A stretch of DNA of 64,000 nt from NCBI GenBank assembly GCA_052035095.1, contig JBPOHW010000001.1, forward strand, positions 108,857-172,856, written 5' to 3'. The DNA is from Candidatus Moraniibacteriota bacterium. GTDB taxonomy: Bacteria; Patescibacteriota; Minisyncoccia; Moranbacterales; UBA1568. The notes below the pieces were generated by a model. The model saw nothing but the letters and a program-made list of their open reading frames with translations. It made no database searches and was not told the DNA's origin. Position numbers and translations under genes: made by a program. Below, one piece after another: positions 38,106-48,249 of the stretch (positions are counted from its first letter, which is position 1; every line of letters starts with the position of its first letter).

Positions 38106-40115
38106 ATGGAACGGATGACAATCGTCAAAAATCACCTCCTCTCTATCGCTCCCTTGGTGCCGATTCCCTTTGGAAAATCAGGGTTGTTTTCGTATCTCCC
38201 GAAAAAAAACGGGGAAATGGTTCCGCCCGGATCCATCGTCTCCGTTTCCTTTGGAGCGCGAATCGTGCGCGGCGTGGTATGGAATGCGCCGGCAAAAAAC
38301 CCACCTTTCATACGACGCTTTCGCTACAAGGCGATTCGAAAAATACTGGCGGAGACTTTCCTCTCCAAGGAACAACTGGCACTCGCGGAATATATGGCGC
38401 ATGAGTCTCGAATCGCGCTCGGCACGACGCTCAATCGATTTGTCCCCGCGATACTCGAAGTGACTTCAAATGTGCCACCAAAAAAATCGAAGCCATTTCC
38501 CGCTTCTTCCGGAAAAAAATATCGCCTCACGCCCGAACAGAAAAAGGCGACCAAAGCGCTTCTTGACGTGTCAGACGGCTCTCCGCTCCTCTTTGGCCCC
38601 CCGGCATCCGGGAAAACCTTTGTCTTCTTTGAGCTCATCCGGACACTCCTCAAATCGGGCGGACAAGCACTCATTCTCGTTCCCGATGACGCCATCCTTC
38701 TCCAAGAGGAAGAACGCTACGGGGATATTTTTGGAAAGCAATCGATCGGCATTTCCCACGCGCGCATGAAAAACGACGAGCAATCAACGCTTCGAGAAAA
38801 TATTCGAAAAGGCGTGACGCGCGTCGTTATCGGCACAAACTCATCGCTTTTTCTCTCCTTCCACAATCTCCGCCTCATTATCCTTGATGACGAAGACGCA
38901 CCTTCCTATGAAACGGGAGCGTCAAACATCACTCTCCCGACACATACCATCACCTCAAAACTTGCCGAGCTTCACGCCGCGAAATTCATTCGCGCCTCTT
39001 CGACACCGTCATATGCCTCATTCTTCCGCGCGCAAACAAACGGCAGACTCGTCGAACTTCCCGCTCCACCATCCGCGCACAACAAAACCTGGCACATCGT
39101 CAATCTCCGTCTCGAACAGTGGAAGAAAAAACTTTCGCCGATTTCGGATGAATTGAGATACGCGATCGCCTCCGCGATTGAGCGAAAGAAACAAGCCATA
39201 CTGTTCGTTTCCCGTTCGGGAATGAGCGCGTTCTCGGTGTGCGCCGAGTGCAAGAATGTTGTGCGATGCCAAACTTGCTCGCGAGCGCTCTCATACCAAA
39301 AGGACGGTGAGTATCTCTGCGTCGCCTGCAAGAAGAGCGCGGGAGCGACACCGTCATGTCCTTCGTGCGGTTCCCTCGTTTTGAAACATATCGGCATCGG
39401 CACCGAACGCGTCGAGCGTGATCTCCGCCGAAAGTTCCCCGGCATCCGATCGGTTCGATACGACAAAAACACCAAAAAGCTTAAGAAAACGCGCCTCGAA
39501 CTGCGCGCCTTTTTGCAGGGCGAAAGAGATATTCTCATCACGACCGAACAGGGCATTCGCGGCTGGGACTTGCCCCAAGTTTCCCTCATTGCTATGATAG
39601 ACGTGGATACGCTCCTCGGCATTTCCCGATGGGACGGCGATGAGCGGGCGCTTCGGATATTTCTCGCTCTCTCCGGTCGGGGAAGGAGAGAGGATGCGCA
39701 TCCGAGCGATGTCTTCCTTCAGACATTTCATCCGGAAAATCCTCTCTTTGAATACCTGAGACAAGAAAGACTCGTCGATTTCTTCAAAACCATCGAGGAA
39801 GAGCGTCGGCTGTTTCTCTACCCGCCCTTTGGGAGTATCATCCGCCTCACGTGTCGCCACTCCGCCGACAAAAAACTTCGCGAGGAAGTCGAAAACGTGC
39901 GCAACCAACTCGAGATGGAGCAAAAAAATCACCGACAAAAAACATATATCACCATCTCCGAAATCGTCCGGAAAACACGAGAGCGGTATTCCGAACAGCG
40001 CGTCATCATCCGGGAGGGTTCAACCTCTTCCAATCACGCTCCGTCATTATCCGTATTTGAAACAATTTTGCGAGATCTCTCTCGCGCGTGGACTATTGAA
40101 CGAAATCGCATATGA
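38106..40115 (+). CDS. priA: Primosomal protein N' (replication restart helicase PriA)
   Basis: Walker A GPPASGKT and a Cys-rich zinc-binding insertion (CAECKNVVRCQTCSRALSY...CVACKK...CPSCGS). The stop overlaps the def start (ATGA). Confidence 0.85.
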   Translation: MERMTIVKNHLLSIAPLVPIPFGKSGLFSYLPKKNGEMVPPGSIVSVSFGARIVRGVVWNAPAKNPPFIRRFRYKAIRKILAETFLSKEQLALAEYMAHESRIALGTTLNRFVPAILEVTSNVPPKKSKPFPASSGKKYRLTPEQKKATKALLDVSDGSPLLFGPPASGKTFVFFELIRTLLKSGGQALILVPDDAILLQEEERYGDIFGKQSIGISHARMKNDEQSTLRENIRKGVTRVVIGTNSSLFLSFHNLRLIILDDEDAPSYETGASNITLPTHTITSKLAELHAAKFIRASSTPSYASFFRAQTNGRLVELPAPPSAHNKTWHIVNLRLEQWKKKLSPISDELRYAIASAIERKKQAILFVSRSGMSAFSVCAECKNVVRCQTCSRALSYQKDGEYLCVACKKSAGATPSCPSCGSLVLKHIGIGTERVERDLRRKFPGIRSVRYDKNTKKLKKTRLELRAFLQGERDILITTEQGIRGWDLPQVSLIAMIDVDTLLGISRWDGDERALRIFLALSGRGRREDAHPSDVFLQTFHPENPLFEYLRQERLVDFFKTIEEERRLFLYPPFGSIIRLTCRHSADKKLREEVENVRNQLEMEQKNHRQKTYITISEIVRKTRERYSEQRVIIREGSTSSNHAPSLSVFETILRDLSRAWTIERNRI

Positions 40116-40588
40116 CTCTTCTTCCCATAGTGACCGGCAAAAATACCGAAATACTCCATCGCAAAACCGATCGGGTAAAAAATCCGCTTGATCCGGATAT
40201 CCAAAACCTCATTCCGATTATGTTTGATTCTCTGCGCGTCGCGGAGGGTATCGGGCTTGCCGCGCCCCAGATCGACCGTTCCATTCGTCTCGCCGTCATC
40301 GAGGTCGAAGGAAAACGAACCGTCATGATCAACCCGAAAATCACTTCGTATTCGCGTGAAAAAATCCTCTTCGAGGAAGGCTGTTTGAGTCTCCCGGGAG
40401 AATACCTTCTCATTGAACGCTCCGAGCGCATCACCGTGCGTTACGAAGACGAATATGGCAAGGAAATAAAAAAGCGCGCTTCCGGACTCTTCGCCATCGT
40501 CGTTCAACACGAAGTGGATCACTTGGACGGGATACTCATCTGCGATCGCTTCAAAAACCAAAGAAACAAGAAACAGTACGCGTTGTGA
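40112..40588 (+). CDS. def: Peptide deformylase
   Basis: Motifs GIGLAAPQI, EGCLSLPG and HEVDHLDG. Confidence 0.9.
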   Translation: MTLLPIVTGKNTEILHRKTDRVKNPLDPDIQNLIPIMFDSLRVAEGIGLAAPQIDRSIRLAVIEVEGKRTVMINPKITSYSREKILFEEGCLSLPGEYLLIERSERITVRYEDEYGKEIKKRASGLFAIVVQHEVDHLDGILICDRFKNQRNKKQYAL

Positions 40589-40617
40589 TACGCTAAACTC
40601 TCCTCTACACATATACG

Positions 40618-40708
40618 CGCCGAGACCACAAAAAATAATTTTTCGAAACTTCGCTCCGAGCCCAACGAGGAGTGTGTGAGAAAAAATATTTTTTGTGGTT
40701 GAGGCGAC
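40618..40708. repeat. Intercistronic hairpin-closed element, family E copy E1
   Basis: Shares about 60 nt of core (aaacttcgctccga...gaggagtgtgtgagaaaaaatattttt) and the terminal boxes cgccgagacc / gaggcgac with 41741..41833. Its closing stem is ccacaaaaaata / tattttttgtgg. It lies between def and fmt. Confidence 0.6.
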
Positions 40709-40729
40709 TAAAATTCCACTCCAAAATCA

Positions 40730-41710
40730 TTGAAAATTAACCTTCTCCCTATGTTCGATATATCGAAAACCCGAGTCGTCTTTATGGGGACGCCGCGATT
40801 CGCCGAAATGGTGTTGCAGTCGCTCATTGACGCTCGATATCACATCGTCGCCGTGTATACCCAGCCCGACAAGCCATCCGGTCGCGAGCAGGAGGTCGTC
40901 AAAAGTCCGGTCAAAATCCTCGCCGAAGCTCAACAAATACCGATTGAACAGCCCAGTCGCCTCGACGGCAACGCGATTGATGCGTTTGCCTCCTACAAAC
41001 CGGATGTCGTCGTGATCGCCGCCTACGGAAAACTCATACCCAAAGCGATGCTCGAAATTCCCCACTTCGGATTTCTCAATGTTCACGCTTCGCTCCTCCC
41101 TCGCTGGCGCGGCGCCTCCCCCATACAAAACGCACTCCTCTCGGGTGATACCGAAACCGGCGTTTCGATTATGCTCCTCGATCAGGGTATGGATACGGGA
41201 CCGGTTTTCGAACGAAAAAGCGTCTCAATCACTCCAAACGACACCACGGAAATCTTGCTTCCAAAATTGGCGGAAGCCGGATCGGCACTCCTCCTCTCCG
41301 TACTCCCCGAGTGGCTCGAAAAGAGACGAGAGCCAACGCCACAAGACGAAACGACTGCAACTCTCTGCCAACTCATCGAACGCGAAGATGGAAAGGTTTT
41401 TTGGAACGATAACGCGGAAACCATTTATAATCGCTACCGAGCGCTCAGTTCTTGGCCGGGCATCTTCTCCTTCTGGAGACGAAATGGCTCGCTCCTTCGT
41501 ATGAAGCTCCACCGCGTTTCATTGCAGAAGCAAAGTCCGGAAACACACCATGAGTTGGGACAAGTTTTTGAAATCGGCGACCGCGTCGGCATTCAGACCG
41601 CGCGCGGCATCATTCTCCTCGACGAGGTGCAACTCGAAGGAAAGGAACGTGTCGATATCGCCGATTTCATTCGCGGCTATCCCGACTTTATCGGCGCAGT
41701 CCTTGAATAA
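40730..41710 (+). CDS. fmt: Methionyl-tRNA formyltransferase
   Basis: N-terminal FMGTPRFA and the formyltransferase motif NVHASLLPRWRGASPIQ. The start may be the internal MFDISK (40751). Confidence 0.85.
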   Translation: MKINLLPMFDISKTRVVFMGTPRFAEMVLQSLIDARYHIVAVYTQPDKPSGREQEVVKSPVKILAEAQQIPIEQPSRLDGNAIDAFASYKPDVVVIAAYGKLIPKAMLEIPHFGFLNVHASLLPRWRGASPIQNALLSGDTETGVSIMLLDQGMDTGPVFERKSVSITPNDTTEILLPKLAEAGSALLLSVLPEWLEKRREPTPQDETTATLCQLIEREDGKVFWNDNAETIYNRYRALSSWPGIFSFWRRNGSLLRMKLHRVSLQKQSPETHHELGQVFEIGDRVGIQTARGIILLDEVQLEGKERVDIADFIRGYPDFIGAVLE

Positions 41711-41740
41711 TACCAAATTACCTTACGGCTCCACCGTGCA

Positions 41741-41833
41741 CGCCGAGACCGTGAATCCCGCCTTGGCGGGACGAAAGTTTGCTCCGATAGAGAGGAGTAT
41801 ATGAGAAAAAATATTTTTCGCGGTCGAGGCAAC
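41741..41833. repeat. Intercistronic hairpin-closed element, family E copy E2
   Basis: Same boxes and core as E1, with a different closing stem (gaccgtgaa... / ...ttcgcggtc) and an extra internal hairpin cccgcc-ttg-gcggg. It lies between fmt and the rhodanese gene. Confidence 0.6.
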
Positions 41834-41883
41834 TCTCAAAGAAGCGAGAGTGAGAATAATTCAACAAAGCGCTCGCTCGATTT

Positions 41884-42714
41884 TTGAATCGAAGCATGAA
41901 AGATTCGGCTATCATTCTCTTGGGACTTTTCCTCGTACTCGCCATCGGAGTCTGGTCTTTTTTTCGTTCCGAGAAGGGGGCATCAAAAGAAATACCTCCG
42001 CAATCCGCCTCCGAAGAGGCGGTTACCTTTCAAAAAATCTCTCTCGAAGAGCTTCGCGATATCGTACTGGAAAGAAAGAAAAGCGAAGAAACGATTCTTC
42101 TGGATATTCGACCGTCATCGCTCTGGGCGGAAGAACACATTATCGGATCGAAAAACCTCATGTACGAGGACGCGAGTCAATCGCTTCAGCCGACCGACGC
42201 GGAGAAAACCAAGCATTGGATTCTCGTATCCCCGGACACTTCCCTTGCCGGTCGTTTCGTCACGCTCCTTCGCGAGCGAGAAATTCCCGACGAGCGCATT
42301 CGCGTTTTTGACGGCACCTACGAAACATGGAAAGAGAAAACCGGCCTCGTCATACGACGAGCTGACCCTTCATCGCCAATTGATGTCACCAAGATACGCC
42401 TCGTCACTCCGGAAGAGGCAAAGAAAAAAATCGAGGAAGGCGGAAAGTGGTTTATACTCGACACCCGATCCCCGGAATGGTTTGCCAAGGATCATATCGC
42501 CGGAGCGATAAACATTCCATTCCCCACAATCGAAGAAAACAGAAAAACAATTCCCTCGACCGCAAACATCTTTGTTTACGGAGACACTGATCGAGAGGGA
42601 TTTGCCGCCGGCGTCCTCCTCTTCGATCTCGGATTTTTCAACACCTACACGCTCTCATCGAGTTTCGATGATTGGAAAGCCAGGGACTTTCCCACGGAAA
42701 ATACCAGGAAATAG
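41884..42714 (+). CDS. Membrane-anchored tandem rhodanese-domain protein
   Basis: N-terminal TM helix followed by two rhodanese-like repeats (LLDIRPSSLWAEEHIIGSKNL; FILDTRSPEWFAKDHIAGAINIP). Confidence 0.65.
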   Translation: MNRSMKDSAIILLGLFLVLAIGVWSFFRSEKGASKEIPPQSASEEAVTFQKISLEELRDIVLERKKSEETILLDIRPSSLWAEEHIIGSKNLMYEDASQSLQPTDAEKTKHWILVSPDTSLAGRFVTLLREREIPDERIRVFDGTYETWKEKTGLVIRRADPSSPIDVTKIRLVTPEEAKKKIEEGGKWFILDTRSPEWFAKDHIAGAINIPFPTIEENRKTIPSTANIFVYGDTDREGFAAGVLLFDLGFFNTYTLSSSFDDWKARDFPTENTRK

Positions 42715-42743
42715 CATTTCGATTCCGATACTCTTACCACTTC

Positions 42744-44234
42744 TTATCGCTTCAGTTTTTCCTCAAGCAATGAACGGGCGATACGCGGATTGGCTTTTCC
42801 CTTACTCTCCGCCATCACCTTCCCCACGAGAAACTGAAGTGCATTGTCCTTGCCGCCGCGATAGTCCGCGACGGATTTTGGATGTGCCGCGAGCACGGAC
42901 GTCACAATCGCGTCAATCGCTCCTTCATCATTCGTCTGCGACAGCCCCAAGCGCTCGATAATATGCGACGGATCATGGTCGCCTCTCGCAAGCATTTCGG
43001 CAAGCACTCGCTGCGCCGCGCTTGAATTGACCGCGCCATCCGCGACAAGCCCGATAAATTCGGCGTAATTCTCGGGCGTAATGGGAAAATTCGACATATC
43101 GCCACCCCGCTCCGAAAGAAACTTCTTGATTTCGGTGAGAAAATAATTCGCCGCGAGTTTGAAAAGTTTCTTACGGCTACTCTCCGCCTCTCCCGAAACC
43201 CGCTTCTCAAGGAGCTCGCTCGCGACTCGTTCGAAATAGTCCGCCGTATCTCGCTCGGAAACAAGCGCCACTACATCCGCCTTCGGAAGCCCGTATTCTT
43301 CCATAAACCGCGATTCCTTCGCCTCCGGCAATTCCGGCAGGGCTCGGCGAAGCTTTGCGATATATTCCTCCGAAAAAACAAGAGCGGGAATATCCGGTTC
43401 GGGAAAATAGCGATAATCGTGCGCCGATTCTTTGGTACGTTGGGACACCGTCGTACCGCGAGCATCATCCCACCCTCTCGTCTCTTGCTTTACTTCCTTG
43501 CCACCTTCCAAAACTTCCGTCTGCCGCGCTATTTCATAGTCTGCCGCTTTCTCGACGGAACGAAAAGAATTCAGATTTTTTATCTCCACTTTTGTCCCGC
43601 TCAAACGTTTCTCCCCTTTTTTGTGAAGCGAAATGTTCACTTCGCACCGCATCTGCCCCTTTTCCATATCCGCGTCGGAAATATCAAGATACCGCAAAAT
43701 TTGTCGCAGTCGCTGGCAAAATGCGCGCGCGTCCTTGCCACTCTCAAAGTCCGGCTCGGTGACGAGCTCCATCAAGGGCACACCCGCGCGATTGAGATCG
43801 ACCGAAGTCATCCCACCGGAAATATGCGCGAGTTTCCCCGTATCCTCTTCGAGGTGAATACGCGTGATATGAAATGTCTTACCATCAATTACCATCGCGC
43901 CTTTCTCGCAGAGCGGCTTATCAAACTGCGAAATCTGATACCCCTTCGGAAGATCGGGATAAAAATAATTCTTGCGATCAAACTTCGACTCGAGACGAAT
44001 CACGCACCCCAAAGCGAGCCCCACTTTCTGCACGTACTCGATCGCCTTCACATTTGGCACGGGAAGCGTTCCGGGTTGCGCGGTGCAAACGGGACAAATA
44101 TGCACGTTCGGTTCTTTCTCAAGCCCCCGCCCATTCGCGCAGGCGCAAAACATCTTGGACTTCGTCTTCAACTCGGCATGCACCTCCATACCAATCACGG
44201 GAATGTATTTCATAAAAAAATCACGTAAAGCCAA
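42744..44234 (-). CDS. gatB: Aspartyl/glutamyl-tRNA(Asn/Gln) amidotransferase subunit B
   Basis: N-terminal IGMEVHAEL...MFCAC and the C-terminal GatB/YqeY domain. About 490 aa. Confidence 0.9.
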   Translation of the reverse strand: MALRDFFMKYIPVIGMEVHAELKTKSKMFCACANGRGLEKEPNVHICPVCTAQPGTLPVPNVKAIEYVQKVGLALGCVIRLESKFDRKNYFYPDLPKGYQISQFDKPLCEKGAMVIDGKTFHITRIHLEEDTGKLAHISGGMTSVDLNRAGVPLMELVTEPDFESGKDARAFCQRLRQILRYLDISDADMEKGQMRCEVNISLHKKGEKRLSGTKVEIKNLNSFRSVEKAADYEIARQTEVLEGGKEVKQETRGWDDARGTTVSQRTKESAHDYRYFPEPDIPALVFSEEYIAKLRRALPELPEAKESRFMEEYGLPKADVVALVSERDTADYFERVASELLEKRVSGEAESSRKKLFKLAANYFLTEIKKFLSERGGDMSNFPITPENYAEFIGLVADGAVNSSAAQRVLAEMLARGDHDPSHIIERLGLSQTNDEGAIDAIVTSVLAAHPKSVADYRGGKDNALQFLVGKVMAESKGKANPRIARSLLEEKLKR

Positions 44235-44357
44235 ATGTCAAACAATATCCTTCTTTCTTCGCCTATACTAGCACAAATAACCTACTTGGCAAAAATAAAA
44301 GAGGTGGAAGAAAACAACTGTTTTCTTCCACCTCAAGGTACACTTACGCCAGCCAAG

Positions 44358-45248
44358 TCAACCAGAATTCCCTTCAGCGTCAGGCTGAAAATCCGGAAGA
44401 AGCACGATATACAATCCGCCATGACAAAATGCTGATTTCACCGGCAGAACACCGGTCGAAGCTTCATTAAAAATCGCTTCCTCCAGCTGATCAGCGTAGG
44501 CACTCGCCGTTTCGCCCGGAAAATATCCCACCCGATCCTTGGGTATCATAAGCGAAACAACTTCCGTTTTGCACACCCCCGCATCAATTTCGGGATGATC
44601 GAGGAGTCCCCGGCTTCCCCTGTTTACCAGAAGGATATACTCGAGACCGTTATCGATTACAATCCTCCCATCCTTCTCAACTATCGGATAGGCTAGCTCA
44701 AGCACTTTCCGTTCATACCCCGGGCTATTCGGGAGCGGCCACGTTGACACCGACAACGTATACCCCTCTTCCATGCGCCTTTGATCTGAATACTTGATCA
44801 CTATGCGCTGAAAGCTCGGGTCTGAAACTCGGGCAATGACTTCCCTGCCACCACAGTTCAATATTGCCAAGAACCCCTTTTCTGTGGATATCTCCTCCGG
44901 AGAGTCCAGCAATCTGGAAATCTGCTCCTCCGAAGGATGCCCGCGGTAATCGCACCGCTGAACAGGGTTTCTATAGAAAAGATACGCCTGCCCCTGGACT
45001 TCATACGTATACAGCTTCGGAACCTCGGAAGCGCTGAGTGGCTGCTGTTCAGATACTGCATCACCGCGCAACCTCTGCATCTGTGCGAGATTTCCGCGCA
45101 AGCACTTCTTGAAATCGTGCTCACCTAGCCTTAACTGCTGACACTCGGCAAAGAGCTTCGGATCAACAGGGGTTCCCTGTCCCTGAGAAAATGCGAGGTT
45201 TGGACCCAATGCCGCTACTAGAAGAATCACGCCCACAATATTTTTCAT
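44358..45248 (-). CDS. Hypothetical secreted protein
   Basis: Signal peptide MKNIVGVILLVAALGPNLAFSQ. Its AGGAGG RBS lies inside the perfect hairpin aagacc-taagg-aggtctt. Confidence 0.5.
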   Translation of the reverse strand: MKNIVGVILLVAALGPNLAFSQGQGTPVDPKLFAECQQLRLGEHDFKKCLRGNLAQMQRLRGDAVSEQQPLSASEVPKLYTYEVQGQAYLFYRNPVQRCDYRGHPSEEQISRLLDSPEEISTEKGFLAILNCGGREVIARVSDPSFQRIVIKYSDQRRMEEGYTLSVSTWPLPNSPGYERKVLELAYPIVEKDGRIVIDNGLEYILLVNRGSRGLLDHPEIDAGVCKTEVVSLMIPKDRVGYFPGETASAYADQLEEAIFNEASTGVLPVKSAFCHGGLYIVLLPDFQPDAEGNSG

Positions 45249-45282
45249 AAGACCTCCTTAGGTCTTTGATTGAGTGAACGCC

Positions 45283-45353
45283 ACCACGACGTTCTGCGTT
45301 GGATGAAGAACGTTTTGGAAAAATAAAACCTTCCCACGCAGAACGCCACAGCT
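45283..45353. repeat. Intercistronic hairpin (13-bp stem cgttctgcgttgg / ccacgcagaacg, about 30-nt loop) with a flanking direct repeat gaacgccac
   Basis: Inverted repeat seen in sequence, between the kinase-like gene stop (45510) and the secreted-protein start (45248). Confidence 0.4.
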
Positions 45354-45509
45354 GGCGCACACACGAATTGGGAAGGTGCAAAAAAACCGCAAGACACCTT
45401 TTTGTTTTGTATGATCATACGCTAACTCATATTGGAATCATTGTCAATGATGAATGTCCAACAAAATAGACAAAAATTGAAAAAAATACTTTTTTTCTTA
45501 AAAATTTCT

Positions 45510-46082
45510 TCACACCTTCTCCAGAGCGGAACGCTCGCGAAGCGCAAACGTTTCATCTATACGGGCAAAGAGCGATTGAGCGGTATCATTATTCTCAATG
45601 ACGGCATCAGCCATCTCTTTGAGCACATATACCTCACGATCGGCAGCGTGTTCATGATCCTGCGCAAATTCCTCAAATGTCTTTTCTCGATCATCCGCTT
45701 TCGTCCCACGACGTTTGATGCGTTCATATCGAATACGGAGATCGGTTTCCACAAAGATAAAATAAAAATTCGGAAGCCTTCGAAGTTCTTCGAGTTCGGC
45801 AACCTTCCGTATACCATCAATGACCACCATCGACTTCGATGAATTTCGCGCATCGATGGAAAGTACGGTCGCGAGAATATGTTCCCCAAAGGCCTTGCGA
45901 AGCGCCTCCGCGAGAGCGGCATAGTTCTTTCGCGCGAGTGGAAGCGACAAACGACTTAAAATATCCTTTAAAATAAGGGAAAAACTGAGACTTTGCGCTC
46001 CGTATCGCTTGACAAGATATTCTTTCACAGTGTCCTTTCCCGCTCCCGGCTCTCCGGAAATTCCAATTATGGAAGTATTCAT
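45510..46082 (-). CDS. P-loop nucleotide/nucleoside kinase-like protein
   Basis: Walker A GISGEPGAGKDT near the N-terminus. 190 aa, a small kinase fold. Confidence 0.55.
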   Translation of the reverse strand: MNTSIIGISGEPGAGKDTVKEYLVKRYGAQSLSFSLILKDILSRLSLPLARKNYAALAEALRKAFGEHILATVLSIDARNSSKSMVVIDGIRKVAELEELRRLPNFYFIFVETDLRIRYERIKRRGTKADDREKTFEEFAQDHEHAADREVYVLKEMADAVIENNDTAQSLFARIDETFALRERSALEKV

Positions 46083-46187
46083 ACTTTGGTAATTATGTAA
46101 AATAAAAACTCCCTTCTTCCCCAGGCTCCGCCATTATTCTCTTCCGAGAGTAATCCGAGAAGGCGAAAAAAACAAGGATATCGCGCC

Positions 46188-47339
46188 TCACCCGATCCTT
46201 CTTTGAAATATTCGAAGCATTTTCCGCGCCGTTTGTTGCCAACGAAAATGAGTAGCGCATTCCTCACTCTTTCGAGAAAGCATTTCACGAAGCACCGGAT
46301 CGCGGAGAAGCTCGCGAAGCGCGCGAAGAAGGTCGTCGGGACGAAGTGGATCAACGAGAATCGCGGCTTCACCTACTGTTTCGGGAAACGACGAGGTATT
46401 CGATGCCACGACCGGTACCCCGCATGCCGCGGCTTCCAAGGGCGGAAACCCGAAGCCTTCATACACCGATGGGGAGACAAAAATACTTGACAAATTGTAC
46501 AAAGCTGGCTTGTCTTCATCGCGGACAAATCCGGTAAAGCGAATTTTCGAGCCTGACGACAAACGATCTATTTCTTTGAAAATATCGCGATATTTCCAGC
46601 CATTTGTCCCGGCGATAACAAGTTCGAAATCGGACGCTTCGCCGTCCGCCACGAGCGCGTCAAACACGCGCGCCAAAGAAAGAATGTTTTTCCTCGGCTC
46701 AATCGTCCCAACAAAAAGGATATATCGATACGGAAGCGAATATCGGCGCTTAACCTCGATGAGCTTCGGATCGTTACGGTCCATTCTTCGAAATCGCTCC
46801 GAAATACCGCTCGAAATCACGGCGATTTTCTTGGGTGACATACCGAGATACTCGACGAGATCGTCGTGCGTTGATGATGACACGGCAATCACTCGATTGG
46901 CTCGAAGAGCGAGCCGGCGAAAGTTCACAAACGAGTGCCACAACCGTCGCTTCCATGAGAACGTCTCGGGACAATGCTCAAACGAAAGATCATGCGCCGT
47001 AAGAATAACTCTCACGCGCCCAGAAAAAGCAGCGAAGTTCAGATTGGGCAGAAAAAAAACATCGACGCCACCAATCAAACGATCGAGATGCGGAAAACGG
47101 AAATACCAGAGTGAAAAATTGAGAAGTTTGTTCGGAATCCGAAACGAAGCGAGCCGAACATTGGAAAAACGACGATTCCAATCCATGGGACATTTCGGCA
47201 ATTTCCAGGCATTCCAAAAAAGAACATACTCATTTTCGCGATCCGTCGCGAAGAGATGTTCCAACAATTCCAATGTGTACTCCTCAACGCCCGTCCGTTT
47301 CCCTCCAAGCAGACAGCGTATATCAATGCCGATTTTCAT
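46188..47339 (-). CDS. Glycosyltransferase family 4
   Basis: Start MKIGIDIR. C-terminal EGFGFPPLEAAACGVPVVASN motif. Confidence 0.8.
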   Translation of the reverse strand: MKIGIDIRCLLGGKRTGVEEYTLELLEHLFATDRENEYVLFWNAWKLPKCPMDWNRRFSNVRLASFRIPNKLLNFSLWYFRFPHLDRLIGGVDVFFLPNLNFAAFSGRVRVILTAHDLSFEHCPETFSWKRRLWHSFVNFRRLALRANRVIAVSSSTHDDLVEYLGMSPKKIAVISSGISERFRRMDRNDPKLIEVKRRYSLPYRYILFVGTIEPRKNILSLARVFDALVADGEASDFELVIAGTNGWKYRDIFKEIDRLSSGSKIRFTGFVRDEDKPALYNLSSIFVSPSVYEGFGFPPLEAAACGVPVVASNTSSFPETVGEAAILVDPLRPDDLLRALRELLRDPVLREMLSRKSEECATHFRWQQTARKMLRIFQRRIG

Positions 47340-47952
47340 ACCGTTTCTGTTCAATCGTTCCCGTGCTTTCACTCCAATACCATCGAAACAGTACCGCAAA
47401 AAACCCAAAAAATACCCCGAGAAAAAGACTTATCCCAAAAGCCCGATCCTTCCCGAAGCGCGCGTCAACGATAGAGGGCGTCTCCCCGACAAGTGCGAAC
47501 CAGCCTGTTTCCAAACGATCCCGATTGAGCGATGCCGTCTCCCGATTGAGCACTTCAAAGAGTGCCCGAGAAACCACCTCTGCCGTTTTTTCATCTCTCG
47601 ATACGAACCGAATGCGAATAACCTGTGACGAAAGCCGGTCGGCATCAAAAGAAATCATCTCGTCATCTCGCTTTGCCGTGTAAAGGATGTCGGACACGAT
47701 ACGCGGCGACTCGAGCCAGCGCACCACCGTATCCGCGAACCGCTCATCGGCCTGCAGACGATAGAAGTCGTCATACGCATATTCGGTGGTCGTACGAACA
47801 CCGGAACGCGCCACATTCATCGTGATTTCCGCCGCAAACCGAATCGGTTGGAGCAGTTGGACGACAAACCCCGTCGCGACAAAAACCGCAACCGTCCCCG
47901 AAAAGAGCACCCGCTCTTTCCAAAACAACCGCAAAAATTCTCGAAGATCCAT
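47323..47952 (-). CDS. Wzz-like polysaccharide chain-length determinant N-terminal domain protein
   Basis: N-terminal TM, a periplasmic domain and a C-terminal TM. The topology resembles PF02706. It overlaps the GT4 start. Confidence 0.45.
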   Translation of the reverse strand: MDLREFLRLFWKERVLFSGTVAVFVATGFVVQLLQPIRFAAEITMNVARSGVRTTTEYAYDDFYRLQADERFADTVVRWLESPRIVSDILYTAKRDDEMISFDADRLSSQVIRIRFVSRDEKTAEVVSRALFEVLNRETASLNRDRLETGWFALVGETPSIVDARFGKDRAFGISLFLGVFFGFFAVLFRWYWSESTGTIEQKRYENRH

Positions 47953-48073
47953 AGGGGAAAATATTATTCCGAAAGCGGTATGCGCATCTCTTGCACATTA
48001 CCTCCCTTCTCCCAGCCTAGCCCATTTTTTCACTAGCATCAAGCACTCATTCGCTCGCCAGGTCTATAAAAAA

Positions 48074-48105
48074 CCTCCGAAAAAGCATCCCGCTCTCCGG
48101 AGGTT
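48074..48105 (-). terminator. Second, downstream terminator-like hairpin (cctccg ... cggagg followed by a T-run on the minus strand)
   Basis: Seen in sequence about 100 nt beyond the rpsI terminator. This gives tandem terminators, or it could be the end of a short transcript. Confidence 0.35.
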
Positions 48106-48192
48106 CAATTCAATCAAATCCATTCGACGCTCATTTTAAAGTATCACCAAATTTCTTCGTTCCTTCTAAACATTTCTCCCCCACCCTACCCC

Positions 48193-48220
48193 AAAAAATC
48201 CCGCTCATGCAGCGGGATTT
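48193..48220 (-). terminator. Rho-independent terminator of the rplQ-rplM-rpsI transcript
   Basis: On the minus strand, aaatcccgctgcatgagcgggattt is followed by ttttgggg. It lies 30 nt after the rpsI stop. Confidence 0.75.
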
Positions 48221-48249
48221 GGATGGACAATGCGAGAGAAAACAAGATA

